A stretch of 64,000 nt of DNA, from contig SVIQ01000002.1 of assembly GCA_015069415.1 (NCBI GenBank), positions 84,225 through 148,224 on the forward strand, in the 5' to 3' direction. This document shows positions 8,034-17,733 of the stretch, one piece after another. Position 1 is the first letter of the stretch. Every line of letters begins with the position of its first letter. The notes under the pieces are model-generated. The model did not search any database. It saw nothing but the letters and a program-made list of their open reading frames with translations, and was not told where the DNA came from. Made by a program: the position numbers and the translations under genes. The stretch is from Clostridiales bacterium (GTDB taxonomy: Bacteria; Bacillota; Clostridia; Christensenellales; UBA1242).

Positions 8034-9470
8034 CTACACCTCCACTTCATCTAAGTTTGTGAGTAAACTTGAGATTTGTTCTTTTGTGTAATTATTGTGG
8101 ATAAATGTAGAACTGTTTTCGCATTCAACTTTTACAGATTTTGCTTGTTCTAGTGTTTTTATGTTAGAGCCGTTCCAGTTAGATAAAATTTTGTTTAAAT
8201 ACATTATTGCATTTGTTTTGTCTTTGCTTAAACTGGCTCCATATAAAATTACCTCGTGAGAAAATCCCCAACTGTCTGTCCATGTGGAATAGAAGTTTCT
8301 GTCGAAGTTGTTTACATTTCTTGTTAAACCTAAAGAGACTAGGACTTCTTTAATTTTTGTGTCAATTGCAAGATTGTCGTTTAAATATTGTAAATATGAA
8401 TTCAAGTTTACAATACCTAATTTAAACAATTTGTTCAAAATGTTGTTATAACCCTCAAGCGTTCTGATGCTTGATTTGTAACAATTGTCGGCAACTGTTT
8501 TTAACATTTCTAAGTCAAAGCCCATATTGAGCCAAGGAACTATGTAAGTGTCTATTTCTTTAGTTAGATCTTCGTAGAACAATCCGAGTTCTTTGTTGAT
8601 TGCAATAGCAACTGAAGTTAGATTTTCTTTTTCATTTTCGTAGTTTTCAATTTCTTGAACACTCATAAGTTTCATTTCGAAATATTTTGTTAAAAATTCA
8701 TCTAAAATATTGACATCTAAACGACGTTTTTTGTTTTTTAGGAGTTTAACAACGAATATGATAACATTTAAATCGAAACCATAAGATTTAAGCCATTTAT
8801 TGAGAAGGTCTTTGTCTTCAATTTGGACTTTTCTTTTAGTTCCCATGCTAGATAAAATCAAACTCATTTGGTCGTCAATAACTCCAAGTTCATTGATTTT
8901 TTCTTCAACTTGTTCGAGAGTGTGAATTCCCTCTCGTTCCCAGTCTTTTGCGACAGTGATGACATAACTAGGGCTAAGGTTAAAACCTTTAAAATCAATG
9001 CAATACTTAATAATAGCAAGAAGTGCATTTTCTGCAATGTGTCTTTTTTCGATAAGATTGTAAAATTCAGCATACTCATTCGGCATAATCATGCGATTTT
9101 GGAATAATTCTTGAGCTTGAATGTTGAAATCAGTGTACTTATCCACCATATATTTTTTAACACTTCCAGCACTTGCGTGGATAGGAAGATAACGAACTTC
9201 AATTGGATCGGTTGACAACACTTGCACAAGTCCTATGTCTTCCCAGTACTTAAACAAAGAAATAACATCGTCTTCACAAACTTTAAGTGTTGAGGCAAAA
9301 TATTCCAAGGTGTTTTCATTGTCGTCTGCATTATTGCATTTTAGTAGTCCTAAAATGTAGGCTTTTACGCATAAATCTGGTGCGGTCGGCAAAAAATCAG
9401 TGATAAACGCGTTATCTATAGCTGTTTTATTGCTTTTTGCCATGGTTGGACTGAATTTACAAAATGTCAT
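8034..9470 (-). CDS. DnaD/DnaB_2-domain replication protein
   Basis: Repeated DnaD signatures (SYVITVAKDWEREGIHTL, YLNKILSNWNGSNIKTL); paired with the loader ATPase. Confidence 0.85.
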   Translation of the reverse strand: MTFCKFSPTMAKSNKTAIDNAFITDFLPTAPDLCVKAYILGLLKCNNADDNENTLEYFASTLKVCEDDVISLFKYWEDIGLVQVLSTDPIEVRYLPIHASAGSVKKYMVDKYTDFNIQAQELFQNRMIMPNEYAEFYNLIEKRHIAENALLAIIKYCIDFKGFNLSPSYVITVAKDWEREGIHTLEQVEEKINELGVIDDQMSLILSSMGTKRKVQIEDKDLLNKWLKSYGFDLNVIIFVVKLLKNKKRRLDVNILDEFLTKYFEMKLMSVQEIENYENEKENLTSVAIAINKELGLFYEDLTKEIDTYIVPWLNMGFDLEMLKTVADNCYKSSIRTLEGYNNILNKLFKLGIVNLNSYLQYLNDNLAIDTKIKEVLVSLGLTRNVNNFDRNFYSTWTDSWGFSHEVILYGASLSKDKTNAIMYLNKILSNWNGSNIKTLEQAKSVKVECENSSTFIHNNYTKEQISSLLTNLDEVEV

Positions 9471-9571
9471 ACCTTGATAATACCATAAAAATTTTTAAAT
9501 GTAAATAAGAATTAAAATTTTAATTACAAATTTGTCCGAATAATTTTTTTGTGAAAGTAATATTATGAAAC

Positions 9572-11050
9572 ATGAAGAAAAAGATTTTATGTTTAGTGTT
9601 AGTTTTTTGCTTTAGTTTTACTTTTGTTGCTTGTAAGAAAAAGGACAACCTAGAAAAACAGGCAGAAAATTTGACTAGTTATGAAATTAGTGTGGATTTA
9701 AACGTAGAAACAAAGACAGCGACTGCGTCTCAAACTGTTTATTACGTAAATTCTAGTGAAGATGCTTTAAAACAAATAAAATTTCATTTATATCCTAACT
9801 TTTTTGAAGAAGGTTTTTTAGATTATGTTGTTCCTCACAACAAGCTTAATGAGGCATACAAAAATGGAATTAATTATGGCAATTTTGATGTGTCGCAAGT
9901 AAAAGTCAACAAAGAAAATAGTCAAATTAATTACGAAGGAGAGGCGGAAGGTATTTTATGTGTTAATTTAAACAATGCACTACTGCCTGAAGATGTAGTT
10001 CAAATTGATATTGATTTTTCTTTTACTCTTCCAAATTGTGAGCATAGATACGGTTATGGAAATGACACAATAAACTTAGCAAATTTTTATCCTGTAGCAT
10101 GTGTTTATGAAAATGGGGCATTTGAAACGTCCCCATATCATTCAAACGGAGACCCTTTCTATTCTGAAATTGCAAATTACAAAGTTGACATAACACTTAA
10201 TAAAAAATATGTTGTCGCTAGTTGTGGAGAAAAGCTTAATGAGGAAGGTGTAAACGATAATAAAACAGTTACATATCAAGCTAATGTTGTAAGAGATTTT
10301 GCAATGGTAATTAGTGACAAATTTAGCATTATAAATGAAAAAGTTGGAGGAACTGAAGTAAACTATTACTATTACAAGGATAATTATCCAGAATCAAGTT
10401 TAAAGGCTGGTGTTGACGCTGTTAAAACTTTTAGCGATTTTTATGGAGAATATCCTTACAAAACACTTGCAATATGTCAAAACGATTTTGTTTACGGTGG
10501 AATGGAGTATCCAACTCTTATTATGATTAGTGATGACATTGAAGATGCGGACGACTACAAAAATGTAATTATTCATGAGACGGCTCATCAATGGTGGTAT
10601 GGAATGGTGGGAAATAATGAGTTTGTATACCCATGGCTAGATGAGTCAATAACAGAATTTTCCACACTTTTATTTTACAAACACAATGATGGTTATAACT
10701 TAACTTATGATGAAATGATTAAGGCTTTGAAATCAAATTATCATTTATTTTACACAGTTTACAGTGATGTGTTGGGAACACTTGACACAAGTATGCGCGC
10801 GGTAAATGAATATCAAACCGAGCCGGAGTATGTTTATGCGACATATGTAAAAGGCGTTTTAATGTACGATTCGTTATATGATTTGGTTGGTGAAAAGAAA
10901 TTTTTAGCAAGCTTAAAGGATTATTTTAACGAAAATAAATTTAAAATCGCAACACCGGATGATTTGTACAACGCTTTTAGCAAAAATTGTGACAAAGAGG
11001 TTTCAAAATTCTTCTCTTCGTGGGTTGATGGAAAAGTAATTATTAGATAA
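9572..11050 (+). CDS. M1-family Zn metallopeptidase, lipoprotein
   Basis: Lipobox FVAC, GGMEYP, HETAHQWW...WLDE, YVKG. Confidence 0.92.
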   Translation: MKKKILCLVLVFCFSFTFVACKKKDNLEKQAENLTSYEISVDLNVETKTATASQTVYYVNSSEDALKQIKFHLYPNFFEEGFLDYVVPHNKLNEAYKNGINYGNFDVSQVKVNKENSQINYEGEAEGILCVNLNNALLPEDVVQIDIDFSFTLPNCEHRYGYGNDTINLANFYPVACVYENGAFETSPYHSNGDPFYSEIANYKVDITLNKKYVVASCGEKLNEEGVNDNKTVTYQANVVRDFAMVISDKFSIINEKVGGTEVNYYYYKDNYPESSLKAGVDAVKTFSDFYGEYPYKTLAICQNDFVYGGMEYPTLIMISDDIEDADDYKNVIIHETAHQWWYGMVGNNEFVYPWLDESITEFSTLLFYKHNDGYNLTYDEMIKALKSNYHLFYTVYSDVLGTLDTSMRAVNEYQTEPEYVYATYVKGVLMYDSLYDLVGEKKFLASLKDYFNENKFKIATPDDLYNAFSKNCDKEVSKFFSSWVDGKVIIR

Positions 11051-11100
11051 TTATTAAATTTGTTTGTAAAAGTTTGTTTAATTGTTTATAATTATTACTA

Positions 11101-12816
11101 ATGAAATGTTTAAAACCACATATTAAGAAAAATATCGGGTATCTAATTTTCGGACCTATAATGAAAATGTTCGAAACGATACTCGAACTTTGCAATCCTC
11201 TTTTGGTTGCTCAGATTGTAGATAAAGGTATAAGTTCGGGAAGTTTAAGTTATATTTTGCGATATGTTATGTATATCGTTGTTTGTAACTTGTTGTGTTT
11301 TGGCTTTGCGGTAATCGGACAAAAATGTTCTACGTTAGTGAGTACAAGAGTTGGAACGGGATTAAGACGCGACCTATTTTCTAAGGTGGCGGATTTTTCG
11401 CATGCTGAATTAGACAAGTTTGGAACTGCATCGCTAATTAATAGATTGACAAACGACATTTTTCAAATTGAAAATGCTGTAGGTGCATTTATGCGTCTAC
11501 TTTTAAGACTTCCATTCTATCTCGTAGGTTCGTTTGTTTTAAGTTTAATTATAAATCCAAAAATGAGTTTAGTTTTCTTGGTGTTAATACCTGTGTTTGG
11601 CGTTGTTCTATATTTTTATATGAAGAAAACAGGTCCTTATTATTCAAAAATAAGAGACAAACTCGACAGTGTTGGAAAAGTAACAAGAGAAAACTTGTCT
11701 GGAACAAGAGTGATTCGAGCTTTTAACAAGCAAGAAGCGGAACAAACAAGATTTGAGTCGGTTAGTGATGATTATTCAAAAACATGTATTCGCGTTTCGA
11801 AAATTTCATCGTTGTTGCATCCTTTTGTATTATTAGTTGTAAATTTTTCAACGATTGCAATTTTGGCTCTCGGAGGATGGCAAATTCATATTGGTAACAT
11901 GTCTCAAGGCGATGTAATTGCTTTAACTGATTACGTGTCTATCATTACTATATCATTGTTAATGCTGTCTCAAGTTATAGCTATGTTTGTAAGAACTATT
12001 GCTAGTATTAAACGTGTTAATGAAGTTATTTACACTGAACCAAGTGTAAAAGAAAAAAATACAAGAAAATTGACTAGACTTGAGTACGATGCTCTCATGG
12101 AATTTGATAATGTTTGTTTCAATTATTCTTTTGATGCTAAAGAAAAATCATTTATTAAAGACTTGTCATTTAAAATTTATCCTCATCAAACAATTGGTAT
12201 AATTGGAGGAACGGGAAGCGGAAAAACAACAATTGCTAGTTTAATGACTAGATTTTATGATGTGACACAAGGTAAAATTTTATATAAAGGGAAAGATATA
12301 AAAGATTTTTCACTAAAGCAATTAAGGGAAGAAGTTAGCATTGTGCAACAACGAAGCGTATTGTTTTCTGGAAGCTTAAGAGAAAATATGTTACTAAGAA
12401 ATGAAAAAGCAACAGATGAGGAAATAATTGAAGCTTTGAAAATTAGTCAAGCTTGGCCGTTTGTTTCAGAATGGAGTAACACTCTCGATTATCAAATCAT
12501 GGCGGGCGGAAAAAACGTTAGTGGCGGACAAATGCAGAGATTGACTATTGCAAGAGCTTTGATTAACAAACCTGAATTATTGATTTTAGATGATAGTAGT
12601 AGTGCTTTGGATTTTATGACAGAAAAGAACTTAAGAAACGAACTCAAAAAACTAGATTGTGCTTTAGTTCTGATTTCTCAAAGAGCAACTTCTATTCAAA
12701 GAGCTGACCTTATAATTGTTTTAGATAATGGCGATGTTGTTGGAATGGGTAAACATAAAGATCTGTTAGAAAACTGTGAAATATATCGAGAGATATACGA
12801 GTCTCAGTCTAAGTAG
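11101..12816 (+). CDS. heterodimeric ABC exporter subunit (TMD+NBD, degenerate site)
   Basis: TM domain, GGTGSGKT, VSGGQ, ILDDS (Asp replaces catalytic Glu), ISQR. Confidence 0.93.
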   Translation: MKCLKPHIKKNIGYLIFGPIMKMFETILELCNPLLVAQIVDKGISSGSLSYILRYVMYIVVCNLLCFGFAVIGQKCSTLVSTRVGTGLRRDLFSKVADFSHAELDKFGTASLINRLTNDIFQIENAVGAFMRLLLRLPFYLVGSFVLSLIINPKMSLVFLVLIPVFGVVLYFYMKKTGPYYSKIRDKLDSVGKVTRENLSGTRVIRAFNKQEAEQTRFESVSDDYSKTCIRVSKISSLLHPFVLLVVNFSTIAILALGGWQIHIGNMSQGDVIALTDYVSIITISLLMLSQVIAMFVRTIASIKRVNEVIYTEPSVKEKNTRKLTRLEYDALMEFDNVCFNYSFDAKEKSFIKDLSFKIYPHQTIGIIGGTGSGKTTIASLMTRFYDVTQGKILYKGKDIKDFSLKQLREEVSIVQQRSVLFSGSLRENMLLRNEKATDEEIIEALKISQAWPFVSEWSNTLDYQIMAGGKNVSGGQMQRLTIARALINKPELLILDDSSSALDFMTEKNLRNELKKLDCALVLISQRATSIQRADLIIVLDNGDVVGMGKHKDLLENCEIYREIYESQSK

Positions 12817-12823
12817 GAGAAAT

Positions 12824-14566
12824 ATGAAAAAGAATAATATTAAACAAGTGTTATCGAATTTAAATAAATATGTAAAACCGCACAGAACGGCGTTTATTTT
12901 GTCTATTGTTTTCGATCTTGCTGCTATTATTCTCAATATGATAATACCGGTATTTTCAGGTTATGCTATTGATGCAATGGTTACAACTGGAGCTGTTGAA
13001 ATTGTGAGATTAATTGAGTGTTTAGTAACTATTGGAGTTCTTGCTGTTGGAAGTACAATTTTTGATTGGCTTGGAAATTATAACATGAACATTTTAACTT
13101 ACAAAACTGGTCAATCTTTAAGAAGTGCAATTTATGAAAAATTGAATTATGTTCCTATTAAATTCATCGACAATAATTCTCATGGCGACATTATGAATAC
13201 AATGATCAACGACGTTGAAAATGTTACAGATGGATTTCTTGCAGGTTTTAAGTCGGTAGTATGTGGAATTTTCCAAATATTGACTGTAATGGTTATCATG
13301 TTTATTCTAAAATGGCAACTTGCATTAGTGGTAATATTTGTTGCACCGCTTTCACTGGTGTTTGCAATTCTTCTTACAAGAAAAAGTAAAAAACTTTATC
13401 GTGATAGAGTACAAATTCAAGGTAATTTGAGTGGTTACGCTGAAGAAATGATTACAAACATGAAAATCATAAAGGCGTTTAATAACGAAACTGAGAAGGT
13501 TGGAGATTTTGAAGAATACAATCAAAAATTAGGTAAATCAAGCGAGAAGGCATTATTTTATTCGTATTTAGCTCATCCTGCTAGTAGATTGTTTAATGGA
13601 ATTTTGTATGCGGCAGTTGTAGGTATGGGTGCGTATATGGCTACACAAGGACAGATTAAAATCGGTAGAATTTCATCGTTTTTAAGTTTTAGTGAAAATT
13701 ACACGGCTCCATTTAATGATATTACAAGCATATTTGCCGATTTAAATGTTGCGATTGCTAGTGCGGATAGAGTTTTCTCTTTAATTAATGAAGAAAAAGA
13801 AATTGATGATAGTGCTCTTCCTGAAATGAAAAAATGTAATGGTGAAGTAAGTTTAAAAGATGTGGCATTTAGTTATGCTCCTTCATTTAAATTAATTGAG
13901 AATTTAAATCTTGAAGTAAAAAACGGACAAAGAATTGCGATTGTTGGTCCGACAGGTTGTGGAAAAAGTACAATTATTAATTTGCTTATGAGATTTTATG
14001 ATGTAAACTCTGGAAGCATAAAAGTTAGTGGAAAAGATATTCGAAAAGTTAAAAGAAAATCATTTAGAAAATTTTATGGAATGGTTTTGCAAGAAAGCTG
14101 GTTGTACAACGCGAGTGTAAGAGACAATGTTGCTTACGGAAAACCCGATGCGACGATGGATGAAATAGTTGAAGCTTGTAAACTTGCTAATGCACATGCT
14201 TTTATTGAAAAATTGCCGAATGGATATGATACTATAATTACTGAAAGAGGCGATAATATTAGTGCTGGACAAAAACAATTATTGTGTATAGCTAGAATTA
14301 TGCTTTTAAAACCTCCTATGGTAATTTTAGATGAAGCGACTAGCAACATTGACACACGTACAGAAATGAAAATTCAAGAAGCTTTTAATGTCATGATGGA
14401 AGGTAAAACTTGTTTTATCGTTGCACACAGATTGTCGACGATTATGAATGCCGATGTAATTCTTGTAATGAACAAAGGAAACATTGTTGAAAAAGGAAAG
14501 CATAAAGAATTGTTGGAAAAGAAAGGCTTTTATTATGAACTTTTCAATTCTCAATTTGGAAATTAA
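12824..14566 (+). CDS. heterodimeric ABC exporter subunit (TMD+NBD)
   Basis: GPTGCGKS, ISAGQ, ILDEATS, AHRL; start ATG 12824 after SD AGGAG. Confidence 0.93.
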   Translation: MKKNNIKQVLSNLNKYVKPHRTAFILSIVFDLAAIILNMIIPVFSGYAIDAMVTTGAVEIVRLIECLVTIGVLAVGSTIFDWLGNYNMNILTYKTGQSLRSAIYEKLNYVPIKFIDNNSHGDIMNTMINDVENVTDGFLAGFKSVVCGIFQILTVMVIMFILKWQLALVVIFVAPLSLVFAILLTRKSKKLYRDRVQIQGNLSGYAEEMITNMKIIKAFNNETEKVGDFEEYNQKLGKSSEKALFYSYLAHPASRLFNGILYAAVVGMGAYMATQGQIKIGRISSFLSFSENYTAPFNDITSIFADLNVAIASADRVFSLINEEKEIDDSALPEMKKCNGEVSLKDVAFSYAPSFKLIENLNLEVKNGQRIAIVGPTGCGKSTIINLLMRFYDVNSGSIKVSGKDIRKVKRKSFRKFYGMVLQESWLYNASVRDNVAYGKPDATMDEIVEACKLANAHAFIEKLPNGYDTIITERGDNISAGQKQLLCIARIMLLKPPMVILDEATSNIDTRTEMKIQEAFNVMMEGKTCFIVAHRLSTIMNADVILVMNKGNIVEKGKHKELLEKKGFYYELFNSQFGN

Positions 14567-14590
14567 AAGAAGATTTAGGTCTTCTTTTTT
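14565..14590 (+). terminator. intrinsic terminator after ABC pair
   Basis: AAAAGAAGA...TCTTCTTTTTT hairpin. Confidence 0.7.
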
Positions 14591-14643
14591 ATTTGGCATT
14601 GACAAGATGAAAAAGTTGTGCTATATTAAATTCGGAGATAATT

Positions 14644-14991
14644 ATGGCAAGAAGATTAGTGAAGTATGATGGATGTTACCATCTTTTGGGTAAAAGAGAA
14701 TATGCTGAATATCAAGATAGAAAACGTCAAATTGGAATAGTTGACATTGACGATGAAAAGTTTATTCAAAAAACTCTAATTAGTAAAATCTTGAGAAAAA
14801 GATTATTTTCAGTTTATAAAAGACTTTGTTCTGCTTGTGACTGGATTGAAATGGAGTATTACCATGCAAATGAAATTGTACAACTTGATGATGTTGACGA
14901 TGTGAAAAATGCAATTAAAGAAGCATATTCCTCATTGTTTAAATGTTCATGTAAAGAAAAAGTTGATGAAATTTATGATCCTGTAGACTAA
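14644..14991 (+). CDS. hypothetical protein
   Basis: 115 aa with TTGACA/TATATT promoter, SD GGAG and terminator at 14990-15017. Confidence 0.75.
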   Translation: MARRLVKYDGCYHLLGKREYAEYQDRKRQIGIVDIDDEKFIQKTLISKILRKRLFSVYKRLCSACDWIEMEYYHANEIVQLDDVDDVKNAIKEAYSSLFKCSCKEKVDEIYDPVD

Positions 14992-15124
14992 AAAATGACA
15001 GTTTTCTGTCATTTTTTAATTTAATTAATGTTAAATTTATATTTTGATTTAATGTGTTTAATTTGTAAAAATAATTAAAATATTAAAAAATATAGATAAA
15101 ATCACTAAAAATAATGCAAAATAT

Positions 15125-16210
15125 TTAAATTTTTAGATAATTTTGAATAATTTTTTTATTATTTTTCAATCTTTCGTTGTTTGGTTCAAAGTTTAGCGCT
15201 TGAGATATATAGTAAAAAGATTTATCATATTTTTTTAATTCGAAGTAACATAAAGATAAATAATCATATGGTATACTTCCCCAACAAACGGGAGAAGAGA
15301 TATAATTTAATTCTTTATTTTTTATTTTTAACATTTCTTCAAAAATAAATGCAGATTTTAAATAATCTTTTTGTTCGTAATAAAATGTGGCTAATTGAAA
15401 GTAACTTTCTCTCATATTTGAACATTCAAGAATTGAGAGTAATAGATATTTTTCTTGGTTTTCTTTATCTTCCTTTTTAGAATAACAATTAGCAATATAT
15501 CTAAGACTTGCGCTTCGTTCTGCGTCCCATTTTGCAGATGGGAGAGATAAATGGTGAAGTAAAGTAGTAATCGCTTTGTTGTAATCTCCGTGGAACATAT
15601 ATTCACGTCCCAAATAATGCATGTTGCGGTCATCTGTAGGATCTTCCTTTACGGATAATTCTAAAAGAGGTAAATATGAACTTCTAGATTTTGTAACGTC
15701 GGCTAAATGATTTACTTGAATGGTTGGAACGTCTATTGTTTCGTAATTTTGGTTTTTAATTGGCACTAAAATTTCATGGACTGGATGTTTCCATGTAAAT
15801 TCTTTATTTTTATGGATTTTGTCGGCCATAAAAACTATTCCTTCGCTTCCGTCTTCGTTGAAGTTCCATGTGTAACGATATCTCATTCTGCTGGTGCTTT
15901 CTTTCCAATTATTTTTTATTTTTTCAGCCCAGCCGGATTCAAAAACTTCGTCAATATCAATACATACGAGAATGTCGGCGTCCTCTGGAACGAGTTTTAA
16001 ACTGTCGTTTCTTGCCGTGTCAAATCTGAATTGTTTATATATTTTTTGTTCGGTAATTACACCTAGTTCTTTAAATTTTTCGAATGTTCCGTCTGTGCTT
16101 CCTGTGTCTAAAACGCAAATATAATCAGCTTCTTTTACTGAATTAAACCAACGTTCGACAAATTTAATTTCATTCTTACTAATAGCATAAACGCAAATTT
16201 TTTTATCCAT
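15125..16210 (-). CDS. family 2 glycosyltransferase with TPR C-terminus
   Basis: ISKNE, LDTGSTDGT, FDTARN, DIDE (DxD), PVHE, then TPR-like helices. Confidence 0.9.
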   Translation of the reverse strand: MDKKICVYAISKNEIKFVERWFNSVKEADYICVLDTGSTDGTFEKFKELGVITEQKIYKQFRFDTARNDSLKLVPEDADILVCIDIDEVFESGWAEKIKNNWKESTSRMRYRYTWNFNEDGSEGIVFMADKIHKNKEFTWKHPVHEILVPIKNQNYETIDVPTIQVNHLADVTKSRSSYLPLLELSVKEDPTDDRNMHYLGREYMFHGDYNKAITTLLHHLSLPSAKWDAERSASLRYIANCYSKKEDKENQEKYLLLSILECSNMRESYFQLATFYYEQKDYLKSAFIFEEMLKIKNKELNYISSPVCWGSIPYDYLSLCYFELKKYDKSFYYISQALNFEPNNERLKNNKKIIQNYLKI

Positions 16211-16364
16211 ATTAGTAAATATTTATGAAAAATTATGAAAAAATGTGTAAAAATATGCAAATTTTATAAAAAAATAATAAAATTTTAAATAAAATAAAAA
16301 ATTTAATAAAATTTTAATATATGTTTTATTTGACAAAAATATTAAATTTGATATAATAAATTTT

Positions 16365-17042
16365 ATGGAAAATATATCGCAAGAAAAATATGAAGAATTA
16401 ATTCATGAGTTGTATGTTTGTTTGTGTAAGGATATGGAAATATCTCCAGATTTAACAATTAATATTTTGAGAAAAAGAGCGTTTGTCGCTGTTATGGTGT
16501 CGTCTAGAATGTTGGGTGAATTTGATGAAAATATTAATTCATTATATGACTCAGTTTTGAATTACGAAAGTGTAAAACGTGGAATTGTTAAGCTTGAAGA
16601 TATTAAATTTAAAAAGAATATGGGTTTTGTTATTGCTGATCCGTTTGTTTTTGATGTTGATGTGTTAGTTATGTTTGAGAAAAATTTAAATCCGACTTCT
16701 GACATGTTGAATGAATTGTTTTTAAGATCTGGAATTAAAACTAAGGAAGAATTATTTTCAATTTTAAAAAGAGATAACTATTTAGAAAAGAAATTAATTC
16801 CTTATATTGTCGACGGAGGCGCAATACCTTCTAAAAAAATTGCAGTTATATTAGTTGATGATATTATTAAAGAAAGTCTTATTCAATGTGCTAAATATTT
16901 ATTTGATGAGATTAAAGAAATCAAAAGTGTAGCATTTGTTTTGCCAAAAGGTTGTAATGAAAAGATATTTACAAAAACGCTAGGCAAGTGTTGTAAAAAA
17001 ATATCTAAAAAAATAAAATGTATATTTATTGAAAATTTATAA
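16365..17042 (+). CDS. hypothetical protein
   Basis: 225 aa ORF directly behind a TTGACA/TG-TATAAT promoter. Confidence 0.7.
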   Translation: MENISQEKYEELIHELYVCLCKDMEISPDLTINILRKRAFVAVMVSSRMLGEFDENINSLYDSVLNYESVKRGIVKLEDIKFKKNMGFVIADPFVFDVDVLVMFEKNLNPTSDMLNELFLRSGIKTKEELFSILKRDNYLEKKLIPYIVDGGAIPSKKIAVILVDDIIKESLIQCAKYLFDEIKEIKSVAFVLPKGCNEKIFTKTLGKCCKKISKKIKCIFIENL

Positions 17043-17096
17043 AATTATAAAAAAAATAATGCAAAAATCATGATTTTTCATGATTTTTTTGTATTT

Positions 17097-17558
17097 TTAC
17101 ATAAATTTGTAAAATTTTATATTTAATTGAGACAATGTTTCGTGAAGTGCTTTTTGACAAGACGACAAAGATTTTATGGTTTTTAATATGTAAAATTTGG
17201 TGTTTTCTTTTAATTCCTCTTTGTGCCATGATAATAATTTATCTATGCACAAATCTAAATTATATAGCAATTGAAAAATATTAAAATTTTTCGGTTGGTG
17301 AATGGTTTTTTCTTTTTTGTTCGAAATTAATGATATGTTTTCAATTAGGGAAATGAGTGTAGGTTTTATTTCTTCAATTTTTAATAATAATTTTTTATTT
17401 AAATTTGAATTGGCTCCTAAACAAATATTGATGCTTTCATGGAGGTGGGATAAACAAAAAGAAATAATGGTATTTTTGTCTATTGAAAAATTATTATAAA
17501 AATTATTCATTAATTTTAATTCGTCGTCATTCGGAAGTGAAAAATCGTCATATTTCAT
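17097..17558 (-). CDS. hypothetical protein, possibly sporulation-expressed
   Basis: 153 aa helical ORF; upstream TTCTAAA-14 nt-CATAAAAT resembles a sigmaE promoter. Confidence 0.6.
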   Translation of the reverse strand: MKYDDFSLPNDDELKLMNNFYNNFSIDKNTIISFCLSHLHESINICLGANSNLNKKLLLKIEEIKPTLISLIENISLISNKKEKTIHQPKNFNIFQLLYNLDLCIDKLLSWHKEELKENTKFYILKTIKSLSSCQKALHETLSQLNIKFYKFM

Positions 17559-17671
17559 ATGCTATTTTATGAAAAATAAAAATTATTTAGAATTAAAATT
17601 ATTAACTATTATTTTGAAATAAAAAATAAAAATATAATATTAAAAAAATAACAAAAAGTTTTAATAATTAT

Positions 17672-17700
17672 TTGATAATTATTTTTATATGTGGTAAAAT
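17672..17700 (+). promoter_or_regulatory. sigmaA promoter of giant lipoprotein-sipW operon
   Basis: TTGATA-17 nt-TAAAAT with TG extension; SD AGGGGT before ATG 17734. Confidence 0.65.
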
Positions 17701-17733
17701 ATTTTTAAGAATAAAGTCATTTTAGGGGTAAAA

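Noticed and set aside
7127-9470. IS21 istB or prophage replication module
   Set aside because: No istA transposase, integrase or phage genes adjacent; a DnaD-domain plus loader pair is normal clostridial chromosome content.
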